Assembly (NCBI GenBank): GCA_015492435.1
Contig: WGFB01000009.1
Coordinates: 1 to 63,429, forward strand
DNA from: Gammaproteobacteria bacterium
Lineage (GTDB): Bacteria; Pseudomonadota; Gammaproteobacteria; SZUA-140
Direction of reading: 5' to 3'
DNA length: 63,429 nucleotides
The notes under the pieces: model-generated
What the model was told of the DNA's origin: nothing
Databases searched by the model: none
Seen by the model: the letters and a program-made list of their open reading frames with translations, nothing else
Made by a program: the position numbers and the translations under genes
In this document: positions 41,481-50,789 of the stretch, one piece after another
Numbering within the stretch: position 1 is the stretch's first letter
Layout: the number at the start of each line of letters is the position of its first letter

Positions 41481-42065
41481 ATGGCCGACCGTAAGGAAAT
41501 CCGCCGCCGGATGCGCGCCAGGCGCGCCGCCCTGAACCGCGCCCAGCGCCACCAGGCCGCTCTCCTGATATGCCGCCTGTGCGCCACCACCCGGACCTTC
41601 CTCAGCAGCCGGCGCATTGCCTGTTATTTTCCCTGTAATGGCGAAGTGGATTTATTACCCCTGGTCGAGCAGGCCTGGGCGATGGGGAAACGCTGCTACC
41701 TGCCCGTGCTCAACGGACGATCCCGCAACCGGCTCCTGTTTGCCCCATTCCACAAAGACGATGACCTTTACAAAAACCATCTTGGCATCCCCGAGCCGGC
41801 AATTTCCCGGCGCCATTGCCTGACCGCGCGGCAGCTCGACCTAATCCTGACACCGCTGGTCGCTTTTGACGAGGCAGGACATCGCCTGGGCATGGGAGGG
41901 GGATACTATGACCGCACCCTGGCGTTTCTCAATCTTCGCCACTGCTGGATCAAACCCCGGGTCTTTGGCGTGGCATACGATTTTCAACGGGTCAGGCACA
42001 TCGAGCCGGAGCCCTGGGACGTCCCCTTGCACGGCGTCATCACGGAAACCACCATCTATCCATGA
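41481..42065 (+). CDS. ygfA: 5-formyltetrahydrofolate cyclo-ligase
   Basis: LDLILTPLVAFD..G.RLGMGGGYYDR, EPWDVPL. Confidence 0.93.
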   Translation: MADRKEIRRRMRARRAALNRAQRHQAALLICRLCATTRTFLSSRRIACYFPCNGEVDLLPLVEQAWAMGKRCYLPVLNGRSRNRLLFAPFHKDDDLYKNHLGIPEPAISRRHCLTARQLDLILTPLVAFDEAGHRLGMGGGYYDRTLAFLNLRHCWIKPRVFGVAYDFQRVRHIEPEPWDVPLHGVITETTIYP

Positions 42066-42075
42066 GGGCGCACCC

Positions 42076-42537
42076 ATGAAATACTGGCTCATGAAATCCG
42101 AACCGGATACTTATTCCATCGACGATCTGGCCGCGCAACCCCGCCGCACCGATCACTGGGACGGCATACGCAACTACCAGGCGCGAAATTTCATGCGCGA
42201 CGAGATGAAGAAGGGGGATCTGGCCTTTTTCTATCACTCCAACTGCAGTGAACCCGGCATCGCCGGCATCATGGAGATCGTCAGGGACGCCTATCCTGAT
42301 TTTACATCCTGGGACCCAGGCAGCCCCTATCATGACCCCAAGAGCAGTCCGGACCGGCCCCGCTGGTTCATGGTAGACGTCCGGTTCAAGCGCAAACTGA
42401 AAAGAATCATCACCCTGCGCGAGCTGAAACAGCATCCCGAACTCGGTTCCATGAAACTGTTACAGCGGGGCAACCGCCTTTCCATCATGCCTGTCAGTGA
42501 CAGGGAGTGGCGGTTCATTCTCTCCCTGATGGACTAG
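42076..42537 (+). CDS. EVE domain protein
   Basis: MKYWLMKSEP, WDGIRNYQARNFMR, FFYHSNC, PRW.MVDV. Confidence 0.93.
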   Translation: MKYWLMKSEPDTYSIDDLAAQPRRTDHWDGIRNYQARNFMRDEMKKGDLAFFYHSNCSEPGIAGIMEIVRDAYPDFTSWDPGSPYHDPKSSPDRPRWFMVDVRFKRKLKRIITLRELKQHPELGSMKLLQRGNRLSIMPVSDREWRFILSLMD

Positions 42538-42996
42538 CCTCAGTCATTGCAAAACAACGCTCCGGGTACTGATAACCGCGTTTCGGGCACGGTGGAATGC
42601 AGCCGGAGCATTCAAAAATGCCTCCTTTCAGGAAAACCTTTCGCGCGCCATGACGGCGCCTCGTGCTCCACGCACGCCGCTCAAGCTCGACGAAACATAA
42701 CCTCGCCCGGCCCGCATCATCACACCCGCCAATGTTTGGACATTGTCTGACACATGCGTTTCATGCTGTATATATAGCGTGAGCAACATATCATGCAAAC
42801 CATCCGGTGGACTGCATCACCCGGAAGTTGTTACGCATGACGAAAGAAAACACAGACACGATCTCCATTGAAATCATTCAAGAATAAAAAGCGCCAGTCG
42901 ATACACAATCTCGAATGTAGAATTTTTTGCGCAAATACTAGCAATATGTGTAAAGATGATTATACTTAATTGCGTTTAACACTCGGAGGATAAACG

Positions 42997-43386
42997 ATGG
43001 CCACAAAAAAATCTGTCGCCAAAAAGAAAGTAGCAACGAAAAAGAAAGCCGTAGCCAAGAAAAAAGCAGTAGCCAAGAAAAAAGTTGTTAAGAAAAAAGC
43101 CGCAGTCAAAAAGAAAGTCGTAAAGAAGAAAGCTGCCGCCAAGAAGAAAGTCGTAAAGAAGAAAGCCGCAACCAAGAAAAAGGCCGCTGCCAAGAAAAAA
43201 GTCGCAAAGAAAAAAGCAGCGCCCAAAAAGAAGGTAGCCAAGAAAAAAGCCGCCGCCAAAAAGAAAACCGCAAAGAAAAAAGCAGCGCCCAAAAAGAAAG
43301 TAGCCAAGAAAAAAGCCGCCGCCAAGAAAAAGGCCGCGCCGAAAAAGAAAACCGCCAAGAAAAAGGCGGCTGCCAAGAAGAAGTAA
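42997..43386 (+). CDS. Histone H1-like Lys/Ala-rich basic protein (129 aa)
   Basis: GGAGG RBS; 22 KKK triplets, 68 Lys, no acidic or aromatic residue; own terminator. Confidence 0.85.
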   Translation: MATKKSVAKKKVATKKKAVAKKKAVAKKKVVKKKAAVKKKVVKKKAAAKKKVVKKKAATKKKAAAKKKVAKKKAAPKKKVAKKKAAAKKKTAKKKAAPKKKVAKKKAAAKKKAAPKKKTAKKKAAAKKK

Positions 43387-43436
43387 AAGGAACCAGGAAT
43401 AACAAATCACGCATTCTGATTCTTTTTACCCAGGCA

Positions 43437-43470
43437 ATAAAAAAGGCCCGTTACCACGGGCCTTTTTTTA
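43437..43470 (+). terminator. Rho-independent (bidirectional-type) terminator
   Basis: A-run-GGCCCGT-TACC-ACGGGCC-TTTTTTT. Confidence 0.9.
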
Positions 43471-43498
43471 TTGCCCCACCCTGCGAGGCCAAACCTAA

Positions 43499-43657
43499 GG
43501 AACCTCTGATTAATTCTGGACCGGATAGATGGCGAGATGAAATGTTCCGGATCAAGGCGAAAAGCGCAGGCAATAGCATGCTATTGCCAAGATTTTCAAC
43601 GCAGAGCCGGGACATTTCAGCCGCCAGACGCCGGTTCATGAATTGATCAGAGGTTCC
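43499..43657. mobile_element. MITE family A, copy 3 (159 bp)
   Basis: Same TIRs; CTAA direct repeat on both sides. Confidence 0.9.
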
Positions 43658-43680
43658 CTAACCTTATGAAATCAAAACGT

Positions 43681-43725
43681 TATTAACCCGGCAACAATAT
43701 ATGTCGTGTTCAGCGCTTCAGGCCC
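43681..43725 (+). repeat. Left 45 bp of element family D
   Basis: TATTAACCCGGCAACAATATATGTCGTGTTCAGCGCTTCAGGCCC, one mismatch to 34487-34531. Confidence 0.8.
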
Positions 43726-43727
43726 CC

Positions 43728-44573
43728 TCAGCCGCCACGCAAGGAGGCGATCACCGGCGCCGTATCGGGACGAACACCCCGCCACAGCCAGAAAGATTCT
43801 GCCGCCTGCTCGACCAGCATCCCCAGCCCGTCCATGAGCCGCGACGCGCCTTGCGCCTCGCCCCATTGCAGGAATGGATTGACCTCCAGGCCATACATCA
43901 TGTCATAGCAGGCCCCGTGAACGGCGAGAATGCCATCAGGCAAAGGCAGGCTTTCTCCATGGAGGCTAGCCGCTGTGCCGTTAATGACAAGATCGAACGT
44001 TTCATCACCCAAGGCATCGAAGCCACAACCCTCCATCACCAGGTTTCCACCAAACGCCCGAGCCAGTATTTCGGCCTTTTCGGCGGTGCGGTTGGCAATG
44101 ACGACCCTGGCAGGCCGCTCAGCGAGCACGGGCCCCAGCACCCCGCGCACCGCGCCGCCCGCCCCCAATATCAACAACCGCCTGCCGGAGATGGCGCAAC
44201 CGTGGTTGAGGACGATGTCCCGCACCATTCCCACGCCATCCGTGTTGTCGCCCCGTACCAGCCCACTGTCGAGAAAAAGCAGGGTATTGACGGCACCAGC
44301 CTGCTCGGCCCGCTCACTGCGCTCCTCGGCATAGGTCCACGCCTCCTGCTTGAATGGCACGGTGACGTTCAGGCCCTTGCCGCCAGCGGCACGGAAATTG
44401 CCCACCGCCTGACTGAAACCGCCGGGATCAACCTGAATGGCCTCATAGACGATGCGCTGCCCCGTCTGCCGCGCGAGGGCCTGGTGAATCTGTGGTGACT
44501 TGCTGTGGCTGACCGGGTTGCCCATAACCGCATAACGGTCCGGCGGCCCATCGAAATCGAACAATGAATCCAT
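43728..44573 (-). CDS. aroE: Shikimate dehydrogenase
   Basis: GNPVSHSKSP.IH, NVTVPFK, GAVNT, NTDGVG, GAGGAVRG, GLGMLVEQAA; start at ATG 44573. Confidence 0.95.
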   Translation of the reverse strand: MDSLFDFDGPPDRYAVMGNPVSHSKSPQIHQALARQTGQRIVYEAIQVDPGGFSQAVGNFRAAGGKGLNVTVPFKQEAWTYAEERSERAEQAGAVNTLLFLDSGLVRGDNTDGVGMVRDIVLNHGCAISGRRLLILGAGGAVRGVLGPVLAERPARVVIANRTAEKAEILARAFGGNLVMEGCGFDALGDETFDLVINGTAASLHGESLPLPDGILAVHGACYDMMYGLEVNPFLQWGEAQGASRLMDGLGMLVEQAAESFWLWRGVRPDTAPVIASLRGG

Positions 44574-44587
44574 GTCGTGCCCTAGGC

Positions 44588-45844
44588 TCAATTGTAAAAG
44601 ATACCCTTGAGGATGAAGAAAAATAGAATGGCGAGGAAACCGCCCGCTGGCAGGGTCACCACCCATGACATGAAAATGGTGCGTATGACACGCATATTCA
44701 AGGCCGCGATACCGCGCGCCAGACCCACACCCAACACCGCCCCCACCAGGGTATGGGTAGTGGAAATGGGCAATCCCGTGCCCGACGCCAGCACGACCGT
44801 CGTGGCCGCCGCCAGGGTTGCCGCAAAGCCGCGGCTGGGCGTCAGCTCCGTGATGCGCGTGCCGATGGTGGCAATGACCTTGTGCCCATAGGTTATCAGG
44901 CCAATGACAATACCCACCCCTCCCAGCACCAGGATCCACAAGGGGAGCGCCGACTTCTGGGTCACCGCGCCATCGTGCTCCACGATGCTGACCACGGCGG
45001 CTATGGGACCCACGGCATTGGCCACGTCATTGGATCCGTGGGCAAAGGCCATGGCGCACGCCGTGACCATCATCAACACGGCGAAAACCTTCTCCACATT
45101 GGTAAAGTGAAATTCCTGATCGGCCTTGGGATCGATCTTGATGCGGCGGATGTAGACCTGGCTGACACCCGTAATAATGGCGCCGGCCAAGATGGCGAGC
45201 AGATAACACTCCAGGGTGCTCAGCTCCAGCCCTACATGCTTGAGGCCCTTGAATACCGTCACCAGGGTAATGACAAAACCCGTCAGAAAAATATAGACCG
45301 GCACGAAACGCTTGGCATTGGCGAAGGGATCGCTGGTATCGATGATCAGGCGCTGGACGCTGAGGAAAAGCCCATAGGCGATGGAACCCGCCAGCAATGG
45401 CGACACCACCCAGCTCATGACAATGGTGCCCACCTTGTTCCAATGCACGGCCTCCATGCCGATGCCGACGGCGGCAAAGCCAACGATGGCGCCCACGATG
45501 GAATGAGTCGTGGAGACGGGCCAGCCGAAATATGAGGCCACCAGCAGCCAGATCCCCGCCGCCAGCAGGGAGGCCAGCATGCCATACACCAGCAGTTCAG
45601 GGGTCGCGGCCAGCATATTGGCATCGACCATGCCCTTACGTATAGTCTGGGTCACCTCGCCCCCCGCCAGGAAGGCGCCGGCAAACTCGAAAATGGCGGC
45701 AATGATGACCGCCTGTCTGATGGTCAACGCCCCGGATCCCACCGAGGTCCCCATGGCATTGGCCACGTCGTTGGCGCCAATGCCCCATGCCATGAAAAAC
45801 CCGAAGGCGATCGCCAGAATAATGAAAGTGGTTCCGAAGTCCAT
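44588..45844 (-). CDS. Inorganic phosphate transporter, PiT family
   Basis: GANDVANAMG and HGSNDVANA repeats, PVSTTH / PISTTH. Confidence 0.93.
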   Translation of the reverse strand: MDFGTTFIILAIAFGFFMAWGIGANDVANAMGTSVGSGALTIRQAVIIAAIFEFAGAFLAGGEVTQTIRKGMVDANMLAATPELLVYGMLASLLAAGIWLLVASYFGWPVSTTHSIVGAIVGFAAVGIGMEAVHWNKVGTIVMSWVVSPLLAGSIAYGLFLSVQRLIIDTSDPFANAKRFVPVYIFLTGFVITLVTVFKGLKHVGLELSTLECYLLAILAGAIITGVSQVYIRRIKIDPKADQEFHFTNVEKVFAVLMMVTACAMAFAHGSNDVANAVGPIAAVVSIVEHDGAVTQKSALPLWILVLGGVGIVIGLITYGHKVIATIGTRITELTPSRGFAATLAAATTVVLASGTGLPISTTHTLVGAVLGVGLARGIAALNMRVIRTIFMSWVVTLPAGGFLAILFFFILKGIFYN

Positions 45845-45856
45845 TGCCCAGCCCCG

Positions 45857-46531
45857 CTACTTGGCCAGCATCAGTTGCAGGCGGCTGCCCACCCGCTGGG
45901 CGAGATCGGCGACATCGCCGATCCACTGGATGATCTGATAGAGAAACATGACATCCACCGGCGGCAGAGCCTTCTCGATCTCGAACAACATGGAACGTAT
46001 CTCCACCTGCAGCACATCGGTGTCGTTCTCGATCTTGTTCAACCCCTTGATGAGCCGGGTGACCAGTTTGGCCTCCTGCCCCCTGAATCCCGTCTCCAGT
46101 AGCTCGTCGAACTCGTTGATGACCTTCCGGGCCTGAAGGGCGGCATCGACACTGCGCCTGACATATTTCATCATTTTCTTAGTGAGCGGCTTTGGAATGG
46201 TCATTCTGCGCCCCAGCATCAGGCCGGCGATATCCTTGGCCTTGTTGGCCATGTAATCCTGCATGGCGATGACCTCCAGCAAATCGCGGCGGTCCACTGG
46301 CAGGAACATCCCCTTGGGCAACTGCAACCTCAATTCCCGCTTCAGTTCGTCAGCCTCGTTTTCCAAAGTCACGATGGACTCCTGGAGCGCCTGCATCTGC
46401 CCGTGATCCTGCTGGATCACGGCCTCGAAAAAGGGCACGAGTTGGGAAACGCAGGCTGAGGCACGCTCCATGTGCTGTTGCAGGGGACCGACAGGTGAGC
46501 GGCCAAACATGCGAAACAGGTAATCAGACAT
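45857..46531 (-). CDS. TIGR00153 / DUF47 phosphate transport regulator
   Basis: SP..PLQ.HM, LENEAD.LKR.LR..LP, E..TD..Q; upstream of PiT. Confidence 0.9.
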   Translation of the reverse strand: MSDYLFRMFGRSPVGPLQQHMERASACVSQLVPFFEAVIQQDHGQMQALQESIVTLENEADELKRELRLQLPKGMFLPVDRRDLLEVIAMQDYMANKAKDIAGLMLGRRMTIPKPLTKKMMKYVRRSVDAALQARKVINEFDELLETGFRGQEAKLVTRLIKGLNKIENDTDVLQVEIRSMLFEIEKALPPVDVMFLYQIIQWIGDVADLAQRVGSRLQLMLAK

Positions 46532-46753
46532 ACGGTGATCCTCTCAAAAGAATTCTGTCGTCGGAAACGAGGGTCAGGGGGGCGCGTTTTTTACCACGAA
46601 GGACACAAAGACTTTATTTTCATGGCAAAAAAGCCACTTGCTTGAAAGTATTGCCTTTAGATTAGACACCTGACAAATGCTTCACAAGCAAATCCAGCAC
46701 AACCTTCGTGATCTCCGTATCCTTCGAGGCAAAAAGAAAAATGATGGATGGGC

Positions 46754-47818
<1,065 letters not shown>

Positions 47819-47843
47819 TCAGCCCTGAATCCGCGGGTTCAGG

Positions 47844-49007
47844 TCAGCGTTTCCTGGCCACTTTCTTGCGGGTGGCTTTCGCCGCGGTCTTCTTCTTCGC
47901 CGCGGGCTTTTTCTTTACAGCCTTCTTTTTAACCGCCGTCTTTTGCTTTACGGTTTTCTTTTTCGCCGTGACCTTCTTTTTGACCGCGGCCTTCTTTGTT
48001 GCGGCCTTCTTTTTTTTGACGCCCGCCTTCTTCACCGCTTTTTTCTTCGCCGCCGCCTTTTTCTTGGCAGTGGTTTTTCTAGACGTGACCTTTTTCTTGG
48101 CCGGCGCTTTTTTCTTCACCACGGCTTTCTTTTTCACTGTGGCCTTCTTTTTTGTAGTAGCCTTCTTGGCTGCGGGCTTTTTCTTGACCGCTTTAGTGGT
48201 TTTTTTCTTTGCGGCAGCCTTCTTTTTGACGACTTTTTTCTTTGTGTCCGCCTTTTTCTGTGTAGCGGCCTTTGGCTTGGCGCTTACCGCCGCCTTCCTG
48301 GCGGCAGTCTTTTTCCCGGAAGGCACGGAATCCGCCGCTTTCTCGGTTCCTTCCTGCGCCATCGCCCAGTCGATGACCTTGACAATGGCCTTGAAAATAT
48401 CCTGGATCTCTCCCACGCCCTGCACGGTCTTGAGCAGGCCCTGGGTGCGATAATAATCGACAAGCGGCGTCGTCTGATGCTCGTAGACCCTGAGGCGGTT
48501 GCTGATGGTTTCCTCGTTGTCATCGGCGCGATGGCGCAGATTGCCGCCACATTTGTCGCAACGGTCTTCCAGCTTGGGCGGGGAGGTATAGATGTTGTAC
48601 ATCTGCCCGCAGGACTCGCAGGTGCGGCGCCCGGTGATGCGCTGCATCAGCACATCCAGATCGATATCGATGAGCAGCGCCATATCCAGTGGCTTGCCCA
48701 GCTTGGCCAGGGTGTCATCCAGGGCGCGCGCCTGCGCCAGATTGCGCGGAAAGCCGTCCAGGATGAAGCCGTCCCGCGTATCGTCCTCTTCCAGGCGCTC
48801 GCGTATCATGCCCAGCACGATTTCATCGGAAACCAGCCGCCCGGCGTCCATGGCCGCCCTGGCCTGCAGGCCCAGGGGCGTGCCCGCCTTGACCGCCGCG
48901 CGCAGCAGATCTCCCGTTGAAATCTGCGGTACATGGTACTTGCTGGCCATCAGTTTGCCCTGCGTTCCCTTCCCCGACCCCGGCGCTCCCAGCAGCACAA
49001 TTCTCAT
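47844..49007 (-). CDS. adk: Adenylate kinase with Cys4 LID and a C-terminal ~174-aa histone-H1-like tail
   Basis: GAPGSGKGTQ, STGDLLR, LDGFPR, CESC...CDKC, DD....NRL; then uninterrupted K/A/V/T-rich tail. Confidence 0.93.
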   Translation of the reverse strand: MRIVLLGAPGSGKGTQGKLMASKYHVPQISTGDLLRAAVKAGTPLGLQARAAMDAGRLVSDEIVLGMIRERLEEDDTRDGFILDGFPRNLAQARALDDTLAKLGKPLDMALLIDIDLDVLMQRITGRRTCESCGQMYNIYTSPPKLEDRCDKCGGNLRHRADDNEETISNRLRVYEHQTTPLVDYYRTQGLLKTVQGVGEIQDIFKAIVKVIDWAMAQEGTEKAADSVPSGKKTAARKAAVSAKPKAATQKKADTKKKVVKKKAAAKKKTTKAVKKKPAAKKATTKKKATVKKKAVVKKKAPAKKKVTSRKTTAKKKAAAKKKAVKKAGVKKKKAATKKAAVKKKVTAKKKTVKQKTAVKKKAVKKKPAAKKKTAAKATRKKVARKR

Positions 49008-49222
49008 TTGCCTTTACCCCGCTTTTCTCTGTACCTGAGCCTTTATTATTCGCCTTGAAAAACAGGCTGTTATATTTTATCTACCACATTGGGCGCGTAA
49101 CAGGGTAACCATGCAGCGGACAGTTTGCAACCGTGACGCCCCTTTGTCCCTCCCTTACCATCCGTCTAGCCATCCAATTCTCCACGCGACCATCCCGACT
49201 CCTGGCGGAAAATGCGGGCTAG

Positions 49223-49316
49223 GAGGCTGTCGGACTTAGGTGATCGTAGCGAGGCGAGTGGGAAATGGGCTCATTTCACGCCGCCGCAGTAGATTCATCC
49301 TAAGTCCGACAGCCTC
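49223..49316. mobile_element. MITE family B (94 bp)
   Basis: Perfect 18-bp TIRs GAGGCTGTCGGACTTAGG / CCTAAGTCCGACAGCCTC, CTAG on both sides. Confidence 0.85.
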
Positions 49317-49472
49317 CTAGCGCGGCTTCAATTTCATTCCCAGCCGAGTATTGTATGCTTATACCGTTTTTTTGACGGGATGAAAAGCTCGCTTGCGTGC
49401 GTGTTGCCCGTGGGCCATGCTATCTATTTTGCGCGAGAGCAAAACTGCAGCCATCACCGGAGGGAGAGAACA

Positions 49473-50738
49473 ATGACTAAAAAGAAAAATGCCTTTTATG
49501 CCCAGTCTGGAGGCGTCACCGCCGTCATCAACGCCACCGCCTGCGGAGTGATCGAGACGGCGCGTGGCCACAAGGACAAAATCGGCAAGGTGTACGCGGG
49601 CCGTAACGGAATCATTGGCGCCCTGACCGAGGATCTCATCGATACCAGCCGAGAATCCGCCAGCGCCATTGCCGCCTTGCGCCACACTCCGTCCGGAGCC
49701 TTCGGTTCCTGCCGCTACAAACTCAAGGGCCTGGAGGAGAACCGGCGCGAATACGAGCGCCTCATTGCCGTCTTCGAGGCTCATAATATCGGCTACTTCT
49801 TCTATAACGGCGGGGGAGACTCGGCCGACACCTGCCTCAAGGTTTCCCAGCTTTCCGAGCGCATGGGCTATCCCATCCAGGCCATCCATGTTCCCAAGAC
49901 CGTGGACAATGACCTGCCCATCACCGACAACTGCCCCGGCTTCGGCTCGGTGGCCAAATACATCGCGATCTCCACTCTGGAGGCCAGCTTCGACGTCGCC
50001 TCCATGGCCAAGACCTCCACCAAGGTGTTCGTGCTCGAGGTCATGGGCCGCCACGCCGGCTGGATCGCCGCTGCCGGCGGCATGGCCTCCACCGAAAAGG
50101 ACGAACTTCCCATCGTCATCCTCTTTCCCGAGGTGACATTCAACAAGAAACGTTTTCTGGACAAAGTGAAGACCATGGTCAAGGAATTTGGCTATTGTTC
50201 GGTGGTGGTCTCCGAGGGCGTGCGCGACCGCAGTGGCAAATTTCTCGCCGACCAGGGGCTGCGGGACGCCTTCGGGCACGCGCAGTTGGGAGGGGTGGCG
50301 CCCGTGGTGGCCAACATCATCAAGGAAGGCCTGGGATACAAGTATCACTGGGGGGTCGCCGATTACCTGCAGCGCGCCGCGCGCCATATCGCCTCCAAAA
50401 CGGACGTGGAGCAGGCATACGCCATGGGCAGGGCGGCGGTGCAATTCGCCCTGCAAGGCCACAACTCGGTGATGCCCACCATCGTGCGCGCCTCCAACAA
50501 GCCCTACCGCTGGAAAGTGGGCATGGCGCCTCTCAAGAAGGTGGCCAACGTGGAAAAGATGATGCCCAAGAGCTTCATCAGCCGCGACGGCTTCGGCATC
50601 ACCAAGAAGTGCCGCGATTATCTCGCCCCGTTGATGCGCGGGGAAGACTACCCACCCTACAAGGATGGACTGCCGCGCTATGTCCGCCTGAAAAACGTGG
50701 CAGTCAGGAAGAAACTGAACCAGGACTTCAAGATCTGA
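49473..50738 (+). CDS. pfp: 6-phosphofructokinase, predicted pyrophosphate-dependent
   Basis: QSGG..AVIN, NGGGDS, PKTVDND, EVMGRHAGW; start at ATG 49473. Confidence 0.88.
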   Translation: MTKKKNAFYAQSGGVTAVINATACGVIETARGHKDKIGKVYAGRNGIIGALTEDLIDTSRESASAIAALRHTPSGAFGSCRYKLKGLEENRREYERLIAVFEAHNIGYFFYNGGGDSADTCLKVSQLSERMGYPIQAIHVPKTVDNDLPITDNCPGFGSVAKYIAISTLEASFDVASMAKTSTKVFVLEVMGRHAGWIAAAGGMASTEKDELPIVILFPEVTFNKKRFLDKVKTMVKEFGYCSVVVSEGVRDRSGKFLADQGLRDAFGHAQLGGVAPVVANIIKEGLGYKYHWGVADYLQRAARHIASKTDVEQAYAMGRAAVQFALQGHNSVMPTIVRASNKPYRWKVGMAPLKKVANVEKMMPKSFISRDGFGITKKCRDYLAPLMRGEDYPPYKDGLPRYVRLKNVAVRKKLNQDFKI

Positions 50739-50748
50739 TCGCGCCGGC

Positions 50749-50777
50749 GCGGGTCCGGGGAGACGCCCCGGACCCGC
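50749..50777. terminator. Hairpin between convergent pfk and hppA
   Basis: GCGGGTCCGGGG-N5-CCCCGGACCCGC. Confidence 0.6.
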
Positions 50778-50789
50778 CTCCATCCCGGC

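Noticed and set aside
42966-43410. Phe/Ala-rich ORFs on the minus strand (42966-43376) and plus-listed shadow frames that look like membrane proteins
   Set aside because: They are antisense or off-frame shadows of the Lys/Ala repeat gene (AAG/AAA reads as CTT/TTT); only 42997-43386 has an RBS and terminator
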